DNA of 64,000 nt from NCBI GenBank assembly GCA_965204905.1, contig OZ242042.1:1282778-1346777 (forward strand), in the 5' to 3' direction. Shown one piece after another: positions 44,770 through 53,129 of the stretch. Positions within the stretch are counted from its first letter, which is position 1. Every line of letters begins with the position of its first letter. Source of the stretch: Dehalococcoidia bacterium (lineage in GTDB: Bacteria > Chloroflexota > Dehalococcoidia > Lucifugimonadales > UBA3495). Position numbers and translations under genes: made by a program. Below the pieces are notes generated by a model. That model did no database searches. It had not been told where the DNA came from and worked only from the letters and a program-made list of their open reading frames with translations.

Positions 44770-44826
44770 AAAGTAAAGCTCTCTCAAAATGGATTGGCGG
44801 TTCAGATTATGCCAGCATTTGGTTGC

Positions 44827-44856
44827 AGGGGCGAATAATCATTTGCCCCTACGCAT
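44827..44856. repeat. AGGGGC-GAATAATCATTT-GCCCCT(ACGC) hairpin element overlapping the 3' end of the DnaC-like CDS
   Basis: Stem 44827-44832 / 44845-44850. The DnaC-like stop (44839-44841) lies in the loop, and the last residues (MRRGK) are encoded by the element. Confidence 0.7.
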
Positions 44857-46254
44857 TGCGCCGCCCTGCCGGTAATCGGGCGCTTCTATCGGCCACTCGG
44901 TCACTACCAGAGGGTCTTGCAGGCGGGACGCGATGCGTGGGCGGGTGGCAGCGATGTCCTCGATCCTGTGGGAGGTTGTGATGATGGTCGGGAGCCGTTC
45001 CTCGTATCGATAGCCTACTATCTGGAACAGTTTGTCCTCGGCGAAAGGAGTGCTGCGTTCGGCTCCCATGTCGTCCAGCACCAAGACGTTGGCGGTCCTG
45101 ATACGATCCAGCAGGTCCTCGTGGGCTATTGGACTATCCGGGGCGAAAGCGGCACGCAAGTAATCGAGCAAATCCGCCACGGTCGCAAAAAATACTTCGT
45201 CGCCCCGGTCTTCGCGCTCGGCGGCGGCGGCCACCGCCAGGTGGGTTTTCCCTACACCAAACGGCCCGTGCAGGCTCAGCCATCCGTTGGGTTGGTTAGC
45301 CCAACGCTGCACGTAGGATTTTGCCGAGCTAAGGCTGCGTATTTCGTGCGCCGCCAGATCACCGTTGCCTTCCGGGTTGAAAGCCTCAAACGTCATACGC
45401 TGTCGCATACTAGTTGGAATCATTCCCATCGTGCGTCCGATAGCGCTGTTGACGCGGCCCAGGCGGTAAATGCGCCCGAAACCGTCGGCAGATTCCATGC
45501 GCGTCAGCAAGAACTCGTCAAGGCGATTCGGATCTCCTCGTAGTGTGATCACCGTCGGCAATCTTTGTGAATGGCGCCACGCTAACAGCTGGAACAGCCG
45601 CTCTTGTCCCCACGGACTGGCAGGACGGGCCGGCAAGTCGTCCAATACCAGCAAATCGGCCTGACGCACCTGCTCGAAAAGGTCGATGAATCCTAACTCC
45701 GAGTCATCGTCAAAACCACCGCGCAGATAGTCCAGCAGGTCAGTGGAGGTTATGAACAGCGCAGCCTTGCCGTTGTCGATGCGCCGGTTGACGATGGCGG
45801 CGGCCAGGTACGTTTTTCCGCTGCCGCTGGGCCCGACGAAAGTTATCCAGCCTTGTGGATCTGCGGCGAATTCGCGCGCCGCCTGAAACGCGCTGACAAA
45901 CGCGGCCCGGTTGGCTGATTCGTTATTCGGGCCGTTGGGATCGCTGTTGGCAAAGGTCCATTGGCGCAGGGCTCCCAGGTTGCTGTACCGTTCCAACGCC
46001 GCCACGCGCCTGGCCCGGTCAGTATCGGACTCCTGGCACTGGCACGGAACCGCTTTGCCAAAATCGGGATGCTCAACCGGCGTTCTCGACGCGAGCCAGC
46101 CGGCGCCGCCGCATACGTTGCAACTGTCAGCCGCCGTTTCCGTCCGGGACGTTGTCAGGCTCCCAAGGTAGCCGTCCGTATCGGCGTCGATAGCTCTCCA
46201 GGTACCCTGTGCGGCGATCCGGCGCAGTATCGTGCCCAAGCTCTCCATCGTCAT
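44839..46254 (-). CDS. DnaC/DnaI/IstB-like helicase-loader ATPase with two tandem AAA+ modules and an N-terminal Cys4 motif
   Basis: 471-aa ORF. CNVCGGAGW...VPCQC; Walker A GPSGSGKTYLAAAI plus Walker B LLVLDDL; then a second Walker A GPFGVGKTHLAVAA plus Walker B VLVLDDMG. Confidence 0.75.
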   Translation of the reverse strand: MTMESLGTILRRIAAQGTWRAIDADTDGYLGSLTTSRTETAADSCNVCGGAGWLASRTPVEHPDFGKAVPCQCQESDTDRARRVAALERYSNLGALRQWTFANSDPNGPNNESANRAAFVSAFQAAREFAADPQGWITFVGPSGSGKTYLAAAIVNRRIDNGKAALFITSTDLLDYLRGGFDDDSELGFIDLFEQVRQADLLVLDDLPARPASPWGQERLFQLLAWRHSQRLPTVITLRGDPNRLDEFLLTRMESADGFGRIYRLGRVNSAIGRTMGMIPTSMRQRMTFEAFNPEGNGDLAAHEIRSLSSAKSYVQRWANQPNGWLSLHGPFGVGKTHLAVAAAAEREDRGDEVFFATVADLLDYLRAAFAPDSPIAHEDLLDRIRTANVLVLDDMGAERSTPFAEDKLFQIVGYRYEERLPTIITTSHRIEDIAATRPRIASRLQDPLVVTEWPIEAPDYRQGGAMRRGK

Positions 46255-46954
46255 GGCGTCTTTCTCTTGGCTGCGCCACTATCTCAGGTGAGGCGCTGGG
46301 TTTGCCTTCTTGCAGCCACCGCCGCAGGATAGCATGAACGTAACCCCAGCTACGCACGTTTTGGTTGTTGGCAATCTCAAAAGCTTCTTCAATCCAGCTG
46401 GCCGGATATTCTTCTTCGGCGGCCTTGAGCTGTTCCGCCGCGCCGTGTCCGAACGTGCCGATGTGCTGCTCGTACAGGGAGAATATATTAGCACGGGACG
46501 CGCTGCGTTTCGCCGGCTTGACGAACTCGGAATCCGTTGCTTCGTTTGCGTCTGCCACGCCAATGTCGGATGCTTTCAGCGGCGCTAATCCCGTCTTAAC
46601 CAGGTATTCCTGTACCCGTTCGTCGTTACTCAGCAACCGCACGTCGCCAGCCACCCTGACGGCGACCAGCGTTTCCCGCCGCAACGCTCCGGCCAACGCC
46701 CTCCGGATGTTATCGTCGCTGCCCAACCCGGCCGCCCGTCGCAGCGTCCCGTCGTCCAGCAAGGCATCAAGTGACAGCGACGGCGGCAGCCCCCTTCGCG
46801 TGGGCTCTGCCGCAAGTAACCCAACCGTGCGCAGCGTTACCTTCAGTTCGCCGGGATCGTCTATCTCCGCCAGCCATTGGTCCAGGGCGGCGGCCGGCAC
46901 CGGTATCCGCCGGGCTTCTCTCGGCAGTGGTGGCCTGCGCCCGGGCTGCGTCAT
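46127..46954 (-). CDS. DnaD-domain (DnaB_2) replication initiation/primosome protein
   Basis: 275-aa ORF. FSLYEQHIGTFGHGAAEQLKAAEEEYPASWIEEAFEIANNQNVRSWGYVHAILRRWLQEG is a DnaD C-terminal domain pattern. The start abuts the dnaB stop. Confidence 0.65.
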   Translation of the reverse strand: MTQPGRRPPLPREARRIPVPAAALDQWLAEIDDPGELKVTLRTVGLLAAEPTRRGLPPSLSLDALLDDGTLRRAAGLGSDDNIRRALAGALRRETLVAVRVAGDVRLLSNDERVQEYLVKTGLAPLKASDIGVADANEATDSEFVKPAKRSASRANIFSLYEQHIGTFGHGAAEQLKAAEEEYPASWIEEAFEIANNQNVRSWGYVHAILRRWLQEGKPSASPEIVAQPRERRHDDGELGHDTAPDRRTGYLESYRRRYGRLPWEPDNVPDGNGG

Positions 46955-48340
46955 CTACGCCACCGATTCTTCGTAGCGCATCAACTCGTCAAATCGCATC
47001 AGGGTGTCGCGGAAGTACAGGTGGAGGCTGCCAGTTGGGCCGTGCCGGTGCTTGGCTACGATAAGTTCCGCGATGTTGCGGGGGTACGGACGACCCGGGG
47101 CGTGCTGCTCCCATTCGTCCTCCGTGAAGTTTCGGTCTTCCCGGTAGATGAACATAACCACGTCGGCGTCTTGCTCGATGCTGCCGCTGTCGCGCAGGTC
47201 GGACAATTGCGGGCGATGGCCCGGCCGGTTCTCCACCACGCGGCTCAGCTGGGAGCAGGTGAAAACCGGAACTTCCAGGTCCCTGGCCACGGCCTTTAGC
47301 GACCGCGAAATCTCGCTGATTTCCTGGACCCGGTTTTCGCCGTATCCGCGCCGGCTGCCCTGTCCCTGCGCCAGTTGGAGGTAGTCCACCACCAGGAAGT
47401 CCAAGCCGTGCTCCAGTTTCAGCCGCTGCGCCTTGCTGCGCATTTCCATGGCAGTCTGGAACGGGGTGTCGTCAATAAAGATGGGCAGGCCGGAAAGCAC
47501 ACCCACCGCGTTGGCGATGACGCTCTCTTCCTGCTCCGACAGCAAGCCCAGGCGCAGCCGGTGGGAATCCACGCCCGACTCGGCCACCAATATGCGCATC
47601 GCCACCTGTTCCCGGCTCATCTCCAGGCTGAAAATCCCGCACACCTGACCGCTCTTGGCGGCGTTCACGCAGATGTTCAACGCCAGGCTGCTTTTGCCGA
47701 GGCCGGGCCTCGCGCCCACGATCAGCAGATCCGACCGTTGCATCCCGCCCAGCAGGCTGTCCAGGTCGCTGTAGCCGCTTTGCAGGGGCGGCATGTCGGT
47801 CAGTGAAACGTCGCCGATGTCCCCCTGGAGGTACACGTCCAGTACCGAGCTCAACGGAATGAAGCCCCGCTCGGTGTTCGCCGGCTGCACGCTGAACAGG
47901 ACGTCCACCGCTTGCCGCATAGCGTCCTCGGCATCGTCCGAGTCCTCGAATCCGATCTCGGCAATTCGATTGCCGGCCGCAATGATGCGCCGCTTGGCGG
48001 CGGTGTCGGCCACGATGCCGGCGTAATACTCCACGTTGACCGACGTGGGGGTATCGGCGATCAACTGCCCCAAGTAAGGCAGGCCACCCACCTCTTCCAG
48101 CCGGTTCCGTTGCTGCAACTCCCGCGCTACCGTGATCTGGTCAACGGCCTCGCCTCTTTGGGACACCGAGACGCAGGCGTCAAAGCAGAACTGATTGCGC
48201 GCCCGGTGAAAATCCTCCGCCTTGATCAGGGGCAGCACCCGGTGCAGGGCCTCGCCGTCAATCAGCAATCCCCCTAGAACCGCCGCCTCTGCGTCGAGGT
48301 CGTGCGGAGGTTGTCGCTCGATGTACTGGGCGACGACCAC
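46955..48340 (-). CDS. dnaB: replicative DNA helicase
   Basis: 461-aa ORF. PPHDLDAEAAVLGGLL, Walker A GARPGLGKSS, FLVVDYLQL, SQLSR. No intein. Confidence 0.96.
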   Translation of the reverse strand: MVVAQYIERQPPHDLDAEAAVLGGLLIDGEALHRVLPLIKAEDFHRARNQFCFDACVSVSQRGEAVDQITVARELQQRNRLEEVGGLPYLGQLIADTPTSVNVEYYAGIVADTAAKRRIIAAGNRIAEIGFEDSDDAEDAMRQAVDVLFSVQPANTERGFIPLSSVLDVYLQGDIGDVSLTDMPPLQSGYSDLDSLLGGMQRSDLLIVGARPGLGKSSLALNICVNAAKSGQVCGIFSLEMSREQVAMRILVAESGVDSHRLRLGLLSEQEESVIANAVGVLSGLPIFIDDTPFQTAMEMRSKAQRLKLEHGLDFLVVDYLQLAQGQGSRRGYGENRVQEISEISRSLKAVARDLEVPVFTCSQLSRVVENRPGHRPQLSDLRDSGSIEQDADVVMFIYREDRNFTEDEWEQHAPGRPYPRNIAELIVAKHRHGPTGSLHLYFRDTLMRFDELMRYEESVA

Positions 48341-48346
48341 GGGTGT

Positions 48347-48802
48347 TTACTCCTCGATGGACGCGATCACGTTCACCGTGGCCCTGATTTCGCTGGACAG
48401 GTTGAGGACCACTTCGTACTCGCCCGGCTCGCGGATCGGCTCCACCGAGTTGGTGATCCTGCGGTCGATATCGCGGTCAAGCAGTTCGCCCAGGGCATCG
48501 GCGATGCGAATGCCGCTGATCGCGCCGTAGTACCGGCCGGTGGGCGTAACCCGGCCCTCGATGGTCACGGTGAGGTTGTCCAGAGCCTCTGCCAGTTCTT
48601 CGACCACCTGGGTGTCCCGCGCCCGTTCTGCATCCCCGGCCGCCTTCACCTTGTCCAGGCGTTTCATGGTTTCGTCGGTGGCGATTTCAGCCAACCCCTT
48701 GGGCAGCAGGTAGTTACGGGCGTATCCCCGGGAAACCCGTCGCACCTCGCCGGCGCGGGCCTTGTCGGGAACGTCCTTCAAAAACAACATCATCATAGTC
48801 AT
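48347..48802 (-). CDS. rplI: 50S ribosomal protein L9
   Basis: Start moved to ATG 48802 (GAGAGG SD). MTMMMLFLKDVPDKARAGEVRRVSRGYARNYLLPKGLA is a typical L9 N-domain. Confidence 0.9.
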   Translation of the reverse strand: MTMMMLFLKDVPDKARAGEVRRVSRGYARNYLLPKGLAEIATDETMKRLDKVKAAGDAERARDTQVVEELAEALDNLTVTIEGRVTPTGRYYGAISGIRIADALGELLDRDIDRRITNSVEPIREPGEYEVVLNLSSEIRATVNVIASIEE

Positions 48803-48851
48803 TTGGAGCCTCTCGTTGCATCCGGCCCGGAGTTGCCAGCCGCCGGACTTT

Positions 48852-49046
48852 CTAATTTGTCGATAGTGGGTGTGGTCTGGATTCCGTAGCAGAATTCGCT
48901 GAGGCGATGGCTTGCAGTTTTGCCTCACCCGTCATGCCCGGATTGGCTAGAATCGCGGCGATGATTCGTTGTCTTTCACTGGCGCGACCATCCTCGAAGC
49001 CTTCGGCATACCATTTTCTCGGGTAGTGCAGGGCAAAATCCATCAT
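48852..49046 (-). CDS. hypothetical small protein, paralogous to the C-terminal half of 49067..49552
   Basis: MMDFALHYPRKWYAEGFEDGR...QRIIAAILANPGMTGEAKLQAI parallels MIDFALGRRREWREEGIEQGR...QRAIAAISADSELSDTAKLRAI. Confidence 0.35.
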   Translation of the reverse strand: MMDFALHYPRKWYAEGFEDGRASERQRIIAAILANPGMTGEAKLQAIASANSATESRPHPLSTN

Positions 49047-49066
49047 GCTGATGACGAAACCTACGG

Positions 49067-49552
49067 TTAATCGTCCTGGACAGAGTTTATGGCTACTATG
49101 GCCCTCAGCTTAGCGGTGTCAGATAGTTCGGAGTCGGCTGAAATTGCAGCGATGGCCCGTTGTTTTTCCTCGTACCGCGCTCTTTCTTCGTTGCGGCCCA
49201 TTTCGATGCCCTCGTTGCGGCCCATTTCGATGCCCTCAATGCGGCCCTGCTCAATGCCTTCTTCCCGCCACTCGCGGCGGCGGCCCAGGGCAAAATCTAT
49301 CATTGTCATGGTGACTCCAATAACAAACGGCACTGTTCCAATCGCAGCCTGCGCCGTTACTCCGCACACGAACAGCAGCAACGCCATTTTGAAGTAGGAT
49401 ACGCGCGTCAGCGCTTCTACAATCGTCTGTCCTTCCTTGATTCCGATTACGGTTTCGTTGATGATCAGAGCCGCCAAGAATAGCAGCGTTACCCAAATTC
49501 GCCAGCCGTTGATTGCTCGAGAAATGGCCTGTGGCAAATCCGCTAACCGCAT
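49067..49552 (-). CDS. hypothetical membrane protein with a charged EGxExGR-repeat tail
   Basis: 161-aa ORF. Two or three TM segments, then REEGIEQGRIEGIEMGRNEGIEMGRNE with a perfect 24-nt tandem repeat (49190-49237). Confidence 0.45.
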   Translation of the reverse strand: MRLADLPQAISRAINGWRIWVTLLFLAALIINETVIGIKEGQTIVEALTRVSYFKMALLLFVCGVTAQAAIGTVPFVIGVTMTMIDFALGRRREWREEGIEQGRIEGIEMGRNEGIEMGRNEERARYEEKQRAIAAISADSELSDTAKLRAIVAINSVQDD

Positions 49553-49572
49553 AATAGCACATACGGCCTATG

Positions 49573-50487
49573 TTAGACCATAAACACCGGCGCGTCGTCC
49601 CGATTGATGCGGTTTTCGCCGGCTATGCCCTCGCGGATGTGTCGGGGCAGCGTGAACATGGCGGCGTGGCTTTCGCCATCGTAATGGAAGAGCCGCTTGT
49701 CCACCCGTTTCGCCACCCGTCGGTCGATCTCTTCGGGGGTCAGTTGAGGTAGCGCCGAGTCGGACGCCATTGAGAATCCCCAAAGGGTAATAAATGACGG
49801 TACGTGCGCTTGATAGGTCAGGGAATGGGGAAAGATGCTGTGCAGCGTGTTGTAAATCGTGGTAAAGCACTCGTGCAGGCTCAGGTATCCCGCCGGCCCC
49901 GACTGTGTGACCAATATGCCGCCCGGTTTCAATCGGGCCCGGGCGATGTTGTAATACTCCTCGGTGTACAGGAGATACGCCGGGCCGCCCTCCAGAGGGT
50001 CCACCAGGTCCATGATCATCACGTCATATTGCTTGCTGTCGGTTTCGAGATACTTGCGCGCGTCGTCGTGGAGCAGCGTGGTGCGAGCGTCGTCAAAGGC
50101 TCCCTGGTGGTGCTGGGGCAGATGCTCGCGGCACAGTTCCACAACCTGCCGGTCAAGGTCAACCATCACCACGCTTTCCACCGTGTGATGAGCCAGGGTT
50201 TCCCGTAGCGTACCGCCTTCGCCGCCGCCGCCAATGAAAACTGTGCGCGGCTCGGGGTGCATCAGCATCGCCGGATGGACCAGCGACTCGTGGTAGATGT
50301 GCTCGTCCCGCTCCGTCGATTGTGTTTTGCCGTCGAGGAGCAGGCTGCGACCGTACACCTCCGAGTGAACCACTTCCACCCGTTGGTAGCCGGTGTGCCC
50401 GGAGAACAGCACATCATCAACCTTCAGCATGATCGCAAGATCCGGCATAACGGTTTCAATCACCCACTTGCCGGTGATTTCTTCCAT
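49573..50487 (-). CDS. speE: spermidine synthase (polyamine aminopropyltransferase)
   Basis: YQRVEVVHSEVYGRSLLLDGKTQSTERDEHIYHESLVHPAM, VFIGGGGEGGTLRE, VMVDLD. The start at MEEITGKW (50487) avoids overlap with speD; the track form starts at 50538. Confidence 0.9.
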   Translation of the reverse strand: MEEITGKWVIETVMPDLAIMLKVDDVLFSGHTGYQRVEVVHSEVYGRSLLLDGKTQSTERDEHIYHESLVHPAMLMHPEPRTVFIGGGGEGGTLRETLAHHTVESVVMVDLDRQVVELCREHLPQHHQGAFDDARTTLLHDDARKYLETDSKQYDVMIMDLVDPLEGGPAYLLYTEEYYNIARARLKPGGILVTQSGPAGYLSLHECFTTIYNTLHSIFPHSLTYQAHVPSFITLWGFSMASDSALPQLTPEEIDRRVAKRVDKRLFHYDGESHAAMFTLPRHIREGIAGENRINRDDAPVFMV

Positions 50488-50512
50488 TGGATAACTGGCC
50501 ACGAGTGAATCC

Positions 50513-50893
50513 CTAAAGGGTGGCCTGCAATTCAGCAACGCGGGCGCCGCTAAGACCGCGCCGGATCTGCGTAATTTGCGGGTCGCGGCACCGGAGCGCT
50601 GCGACTATCGATTCCGTGGCCCGATCCGGCATGGTCTGGTCGCCGCAAGTGAAGACATCCGCCGCCGCGTAACCGAGTTCCGGCCAGGTGTGTATGGAGA
50701 TGTGGGATTCGGCGATGGATAGAATGCCGGTCACTCCCTGGGGAGTGAACTGGTGAAACGATTCGCCCACTACCTGCGCGCCCACCTGCGCGGCCGCCGT
50801 CAGCAATTTCTCCCTGATGTACTCCAGATCGTCAAGTAATTCAGGATCGCAATCTCTGAGTTCCAACAGCACGTGCGTACCTAGTACATTCAA
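50513..50893 (-). CDS. speD: S-adenosylmethionine decarboxylase proenzyme (SpeH/class 1 type)
   Basis: 126-aa ORF with the self-processing site motif LSIAESHISIHTWPELGYAAADVFTCG. Confidence 0.9.
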   Translation of the reverse strand: MNVLGTHVLLELRDCDPELLDDLEYIREKLLTAAAQVGAQVVGESFHQFTPQGVTGILSIAESHISIHTWPELGYAAADVFTCGDQTMPDRATESIVAALRCRDPQITQIRRGLSGARVAELQATL

Positions 50894-51164
50894 TCACCCT
50901 CTCCTCCGTCTGAATTGGCCATGCCAAGGAGGCCGAATCAGGTTCCCCCTGAACTAAATGGCAGAGAGAGATTGTACTCAAACCCGCGCGCCGATTCAAG
51001 CACGACTTCCCTGACGCAAACGCGCCTGTGGATATATCATCGTAGCGCTCCTCAGGTGGATGTCCGTTTTCGTTAGCTGCAATTTTCTGGTCTATTTTCA
51101 AAATCTTCGAAAACGGGACTTTCAAAACCGAATCCAAAGGCTGCTTGCGACATTCCCCTTGTTG

Positions 51165-51170
51165 TATAAT
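51165..51170 (+). promoter_or_regulatory. candidate -10 box (TGTATAAT) for the radical SAM gene
   Basis: Perfect TATAAT in the AT-rich divergent intergenic region, about 90-115 nt upstream of the possible starts. Confidence 0.35.
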
Positions 51171-51259
51171 GATCCACACTAAGACAGCCCAGCATGAAGC
51201 CCCACTTGTCCCGCCAAATGCGTTCATCATCATCCTGAGCAGAATCCCGACCCCGCATA

Positions 51260-53128
51260 ATGGCATTTGGAGAATGTGAGCTTATGAGCGTTATACCTTT
51301 GCTCGACGAAAAATTCGACGGCACCCCGTCAACCGCATCGCCCGTCTCCATCCAACTCCAGGGCGACCGCACCCGCCGCGTAATGATGGTACAACCGGCC
51401 TCCGCCGGCGGCAATTTTGAGTACATCGCCATTCCCCGTCAGGGTATGTTGTTCCTGTCCGGAGCGCTTGCTCAGTGGGAAGGCCCCTACGTGTATGAGC
51501 GCGACATCTGGTTCGAGGACCGCCTGGGCCGCATGGACCCCGACCGGGACCTGGACGGCGTGGACATCCTGATGATCACATCCCTGATCAACGAGACGCC
51601 GCGCGCATACGAAATCGCCCGCCAGGCCCGCGAGTTCCACCCCGGTCTCGTCATCCTCGGCGGCGGCCCCCAGATGAGTCCCCTGGCTGAAGAAGCCTTT
51701 GCCCGGGGCGGTTTCGACGTTATCGTCAACCGCGAAGGCGAGGACATCATCGGGCAACTGTGCGACATACTCCTCACCTGGCGCGACGACCGCAAGTACC
51801 AATACCTGGAGCGCGTCGCCGGCATCTCATACATGCAGGACGGACACCTGGTCGTTACCCGTCGCAAGGGTCTGGTATCTCCGGACTTTGTGGAACTGCC
51901 CGATTTCCGCTCCATCCGAGGGCTTTCCCCGGGCAATCCTATGGCTGGGGCCGTGCTGGAAACCGTGCGCGGCTGCACTGAAAACTGTTCCTATTGCCAG
52001 GTTATCCAGCAATTCCTGGGCTATCGCCTCATCAGCCGGGAAACCGAGTTCAAGCGATTGGAGCAGCTGGAGGATCTGGCCGCCGATGGCCTGATTCACA
52101 CCGGGCGCAACGGCAAGTTCAACGTTTTCATTTCCGACGACCTGCATACGCCTCCCCTTCGGGCGGTCAAGTTCCGCAACGAGCGTCTGGAGCGACTCCA
52201 GGGTTGGCAGGGTAGAACCGACTCCATGAACATGATCTGTCAGGCCCGGGCGGAGATCGGACAGGATGACGAACTGGCCGACGCCCTGATGGCTGCCAAC
52301 ATCAAGATGCTCTACCTCGGCGTGGAATCCAATAACGCCGAAAGCCTGGCCGCCGTGCGCAAACGGCAGGAACCCGGTCAGATGGAACGAGACCTGGTTC
52401 ACCTCAACGAAAAGGGCTTTTCCGTAGTCGCCATGACCATCATCGGCCTGCCCTACGATACCGAGGAGTCCATTATGACCCTCGCCGACTGGGTGACCCA
52501 GCACAGTCGCTACCAAACGGCCAACCTGCTGACGCCTTTGCCGGCAACCTCCAACTGGAGCCTGAAGCCCCTGAACGGCGACGGCCAACCGTTGCAGGAA
52601 GGGGAAATGCGCCCCTACGAGCTCTACACTGGTCGCCAATTTGTCCACGAGGACGAACGTTGGAATATGGCCGAGAGCCGGGATCTGTTCGACAAGTACA
52701 ATTCCAAGCTCACTTCCATTGACGCTCTTTACGGGCGCATCTTCCGCATCCTGGGCAACTACCGAATGCGCCAGGCCCGCAGCGTGCAGGACCTGTCCGA
52801 GACCACCGAGACCATGCGTACCTGGTCGCACCAGGTTCAGCAGGCCGGCAAGGAGTTTGAGGAGAACATCCACGCCAAGGTCACCGAAATGTCCGATACT
52901 CTCCGCTCCGTGAGCCAGCCCCTTTCCAACATGGGAGCCGACTTCATGGACAACCTGCGGACGCGCATCAACGAGACTTCCGACGCTTTGCGCAACTACG
53001 CCGAACGCGCCGATACCGGCAGCAAGGACGTGGCCGCCGGGATCACCGTTCGGATCAGCGAAGTTACCGAAATGCTGAACGGAGTGCTCGACTCTCATCA
53101 GCGTCGCAACCCCAATCGGGCCGGTTAG
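51260..53128 (+). CDS. B12-binding-domain radical SAM protein with an amphipathic helical C-terminal extension
   Basis: 622-aa ORF. N-terminal cobalamin-binding-like Rossmann (VDILMITSLINETPRAYEIARQAREFHPGLVILGGGPQ), radical SAM cluster motif RGCTENCSYCQV, and about 130 aa of helical repeats at the C-terminus. An alternative start is ATG 51284. Confidence 0.85.
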   Translation: MAFGECELMSVIPLLDEKFDGTPSTASPVSIQLQGDRTRRVMMVQPASAGGNFEYIAIPRQGMLFLSGALAQWEGPYVYERDIWFEDRLGRMDPDRDLDGVDILMITSLINETPRAYEIARQAREFHPGLVILGGGPQMSPLAEEAFARGGFDVIVNREGEDIIGQLCDILLTWRDDRKYQYLERVAGISYMQDGHLVVTRRKGLVSPDFVELPDFRSIRGLSPGNPMAGAVLETVRGCTENCSYCQVIQQFLGYRLISRETEFKRLEQLEDLAADGLIHTGRNGKFNVFISDDLHTPPLRAVKFRNERLERLQGWQGRTDSMNMICQARAEIGQDDELADALMAANIKMLYLGVESNNAESLAAVRKRQEPGQMERDLVHLNEKGFSVVAMTIIGLPYDTEESIMTLADWVTQHSRYQTANLLTPLPATSNWSLKPLNGDGQPLQEGEMRPYELYTGRQFVHEDERWNMAESRDLFDKYNSKLTSIDALYGRIFRILGNYRMRQARSVQDLSETTETMRTWSHQVQQAGKEFEENIHAKVTEMSDTLRSVSQPLSNMGADFMDNLRTRINETSDALRNYAERADTGSKDVAAGITVRISEVTEMLNGVLDSHQRRNPNRAG

Positions 53129-53129
53129 G

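Noticed and set aside
51064-51116. 9-bp inverted repeat CCGTTTTCG / CGAAAACGG in the speD / radical SAM intergenic region as a riboswitch or operator
   Set aside because: It is a single imperfect palindrome in an AT-rich spacer, with no match to a known SAM or polyamine-responsive element that I can recognise. It is too weak to call.
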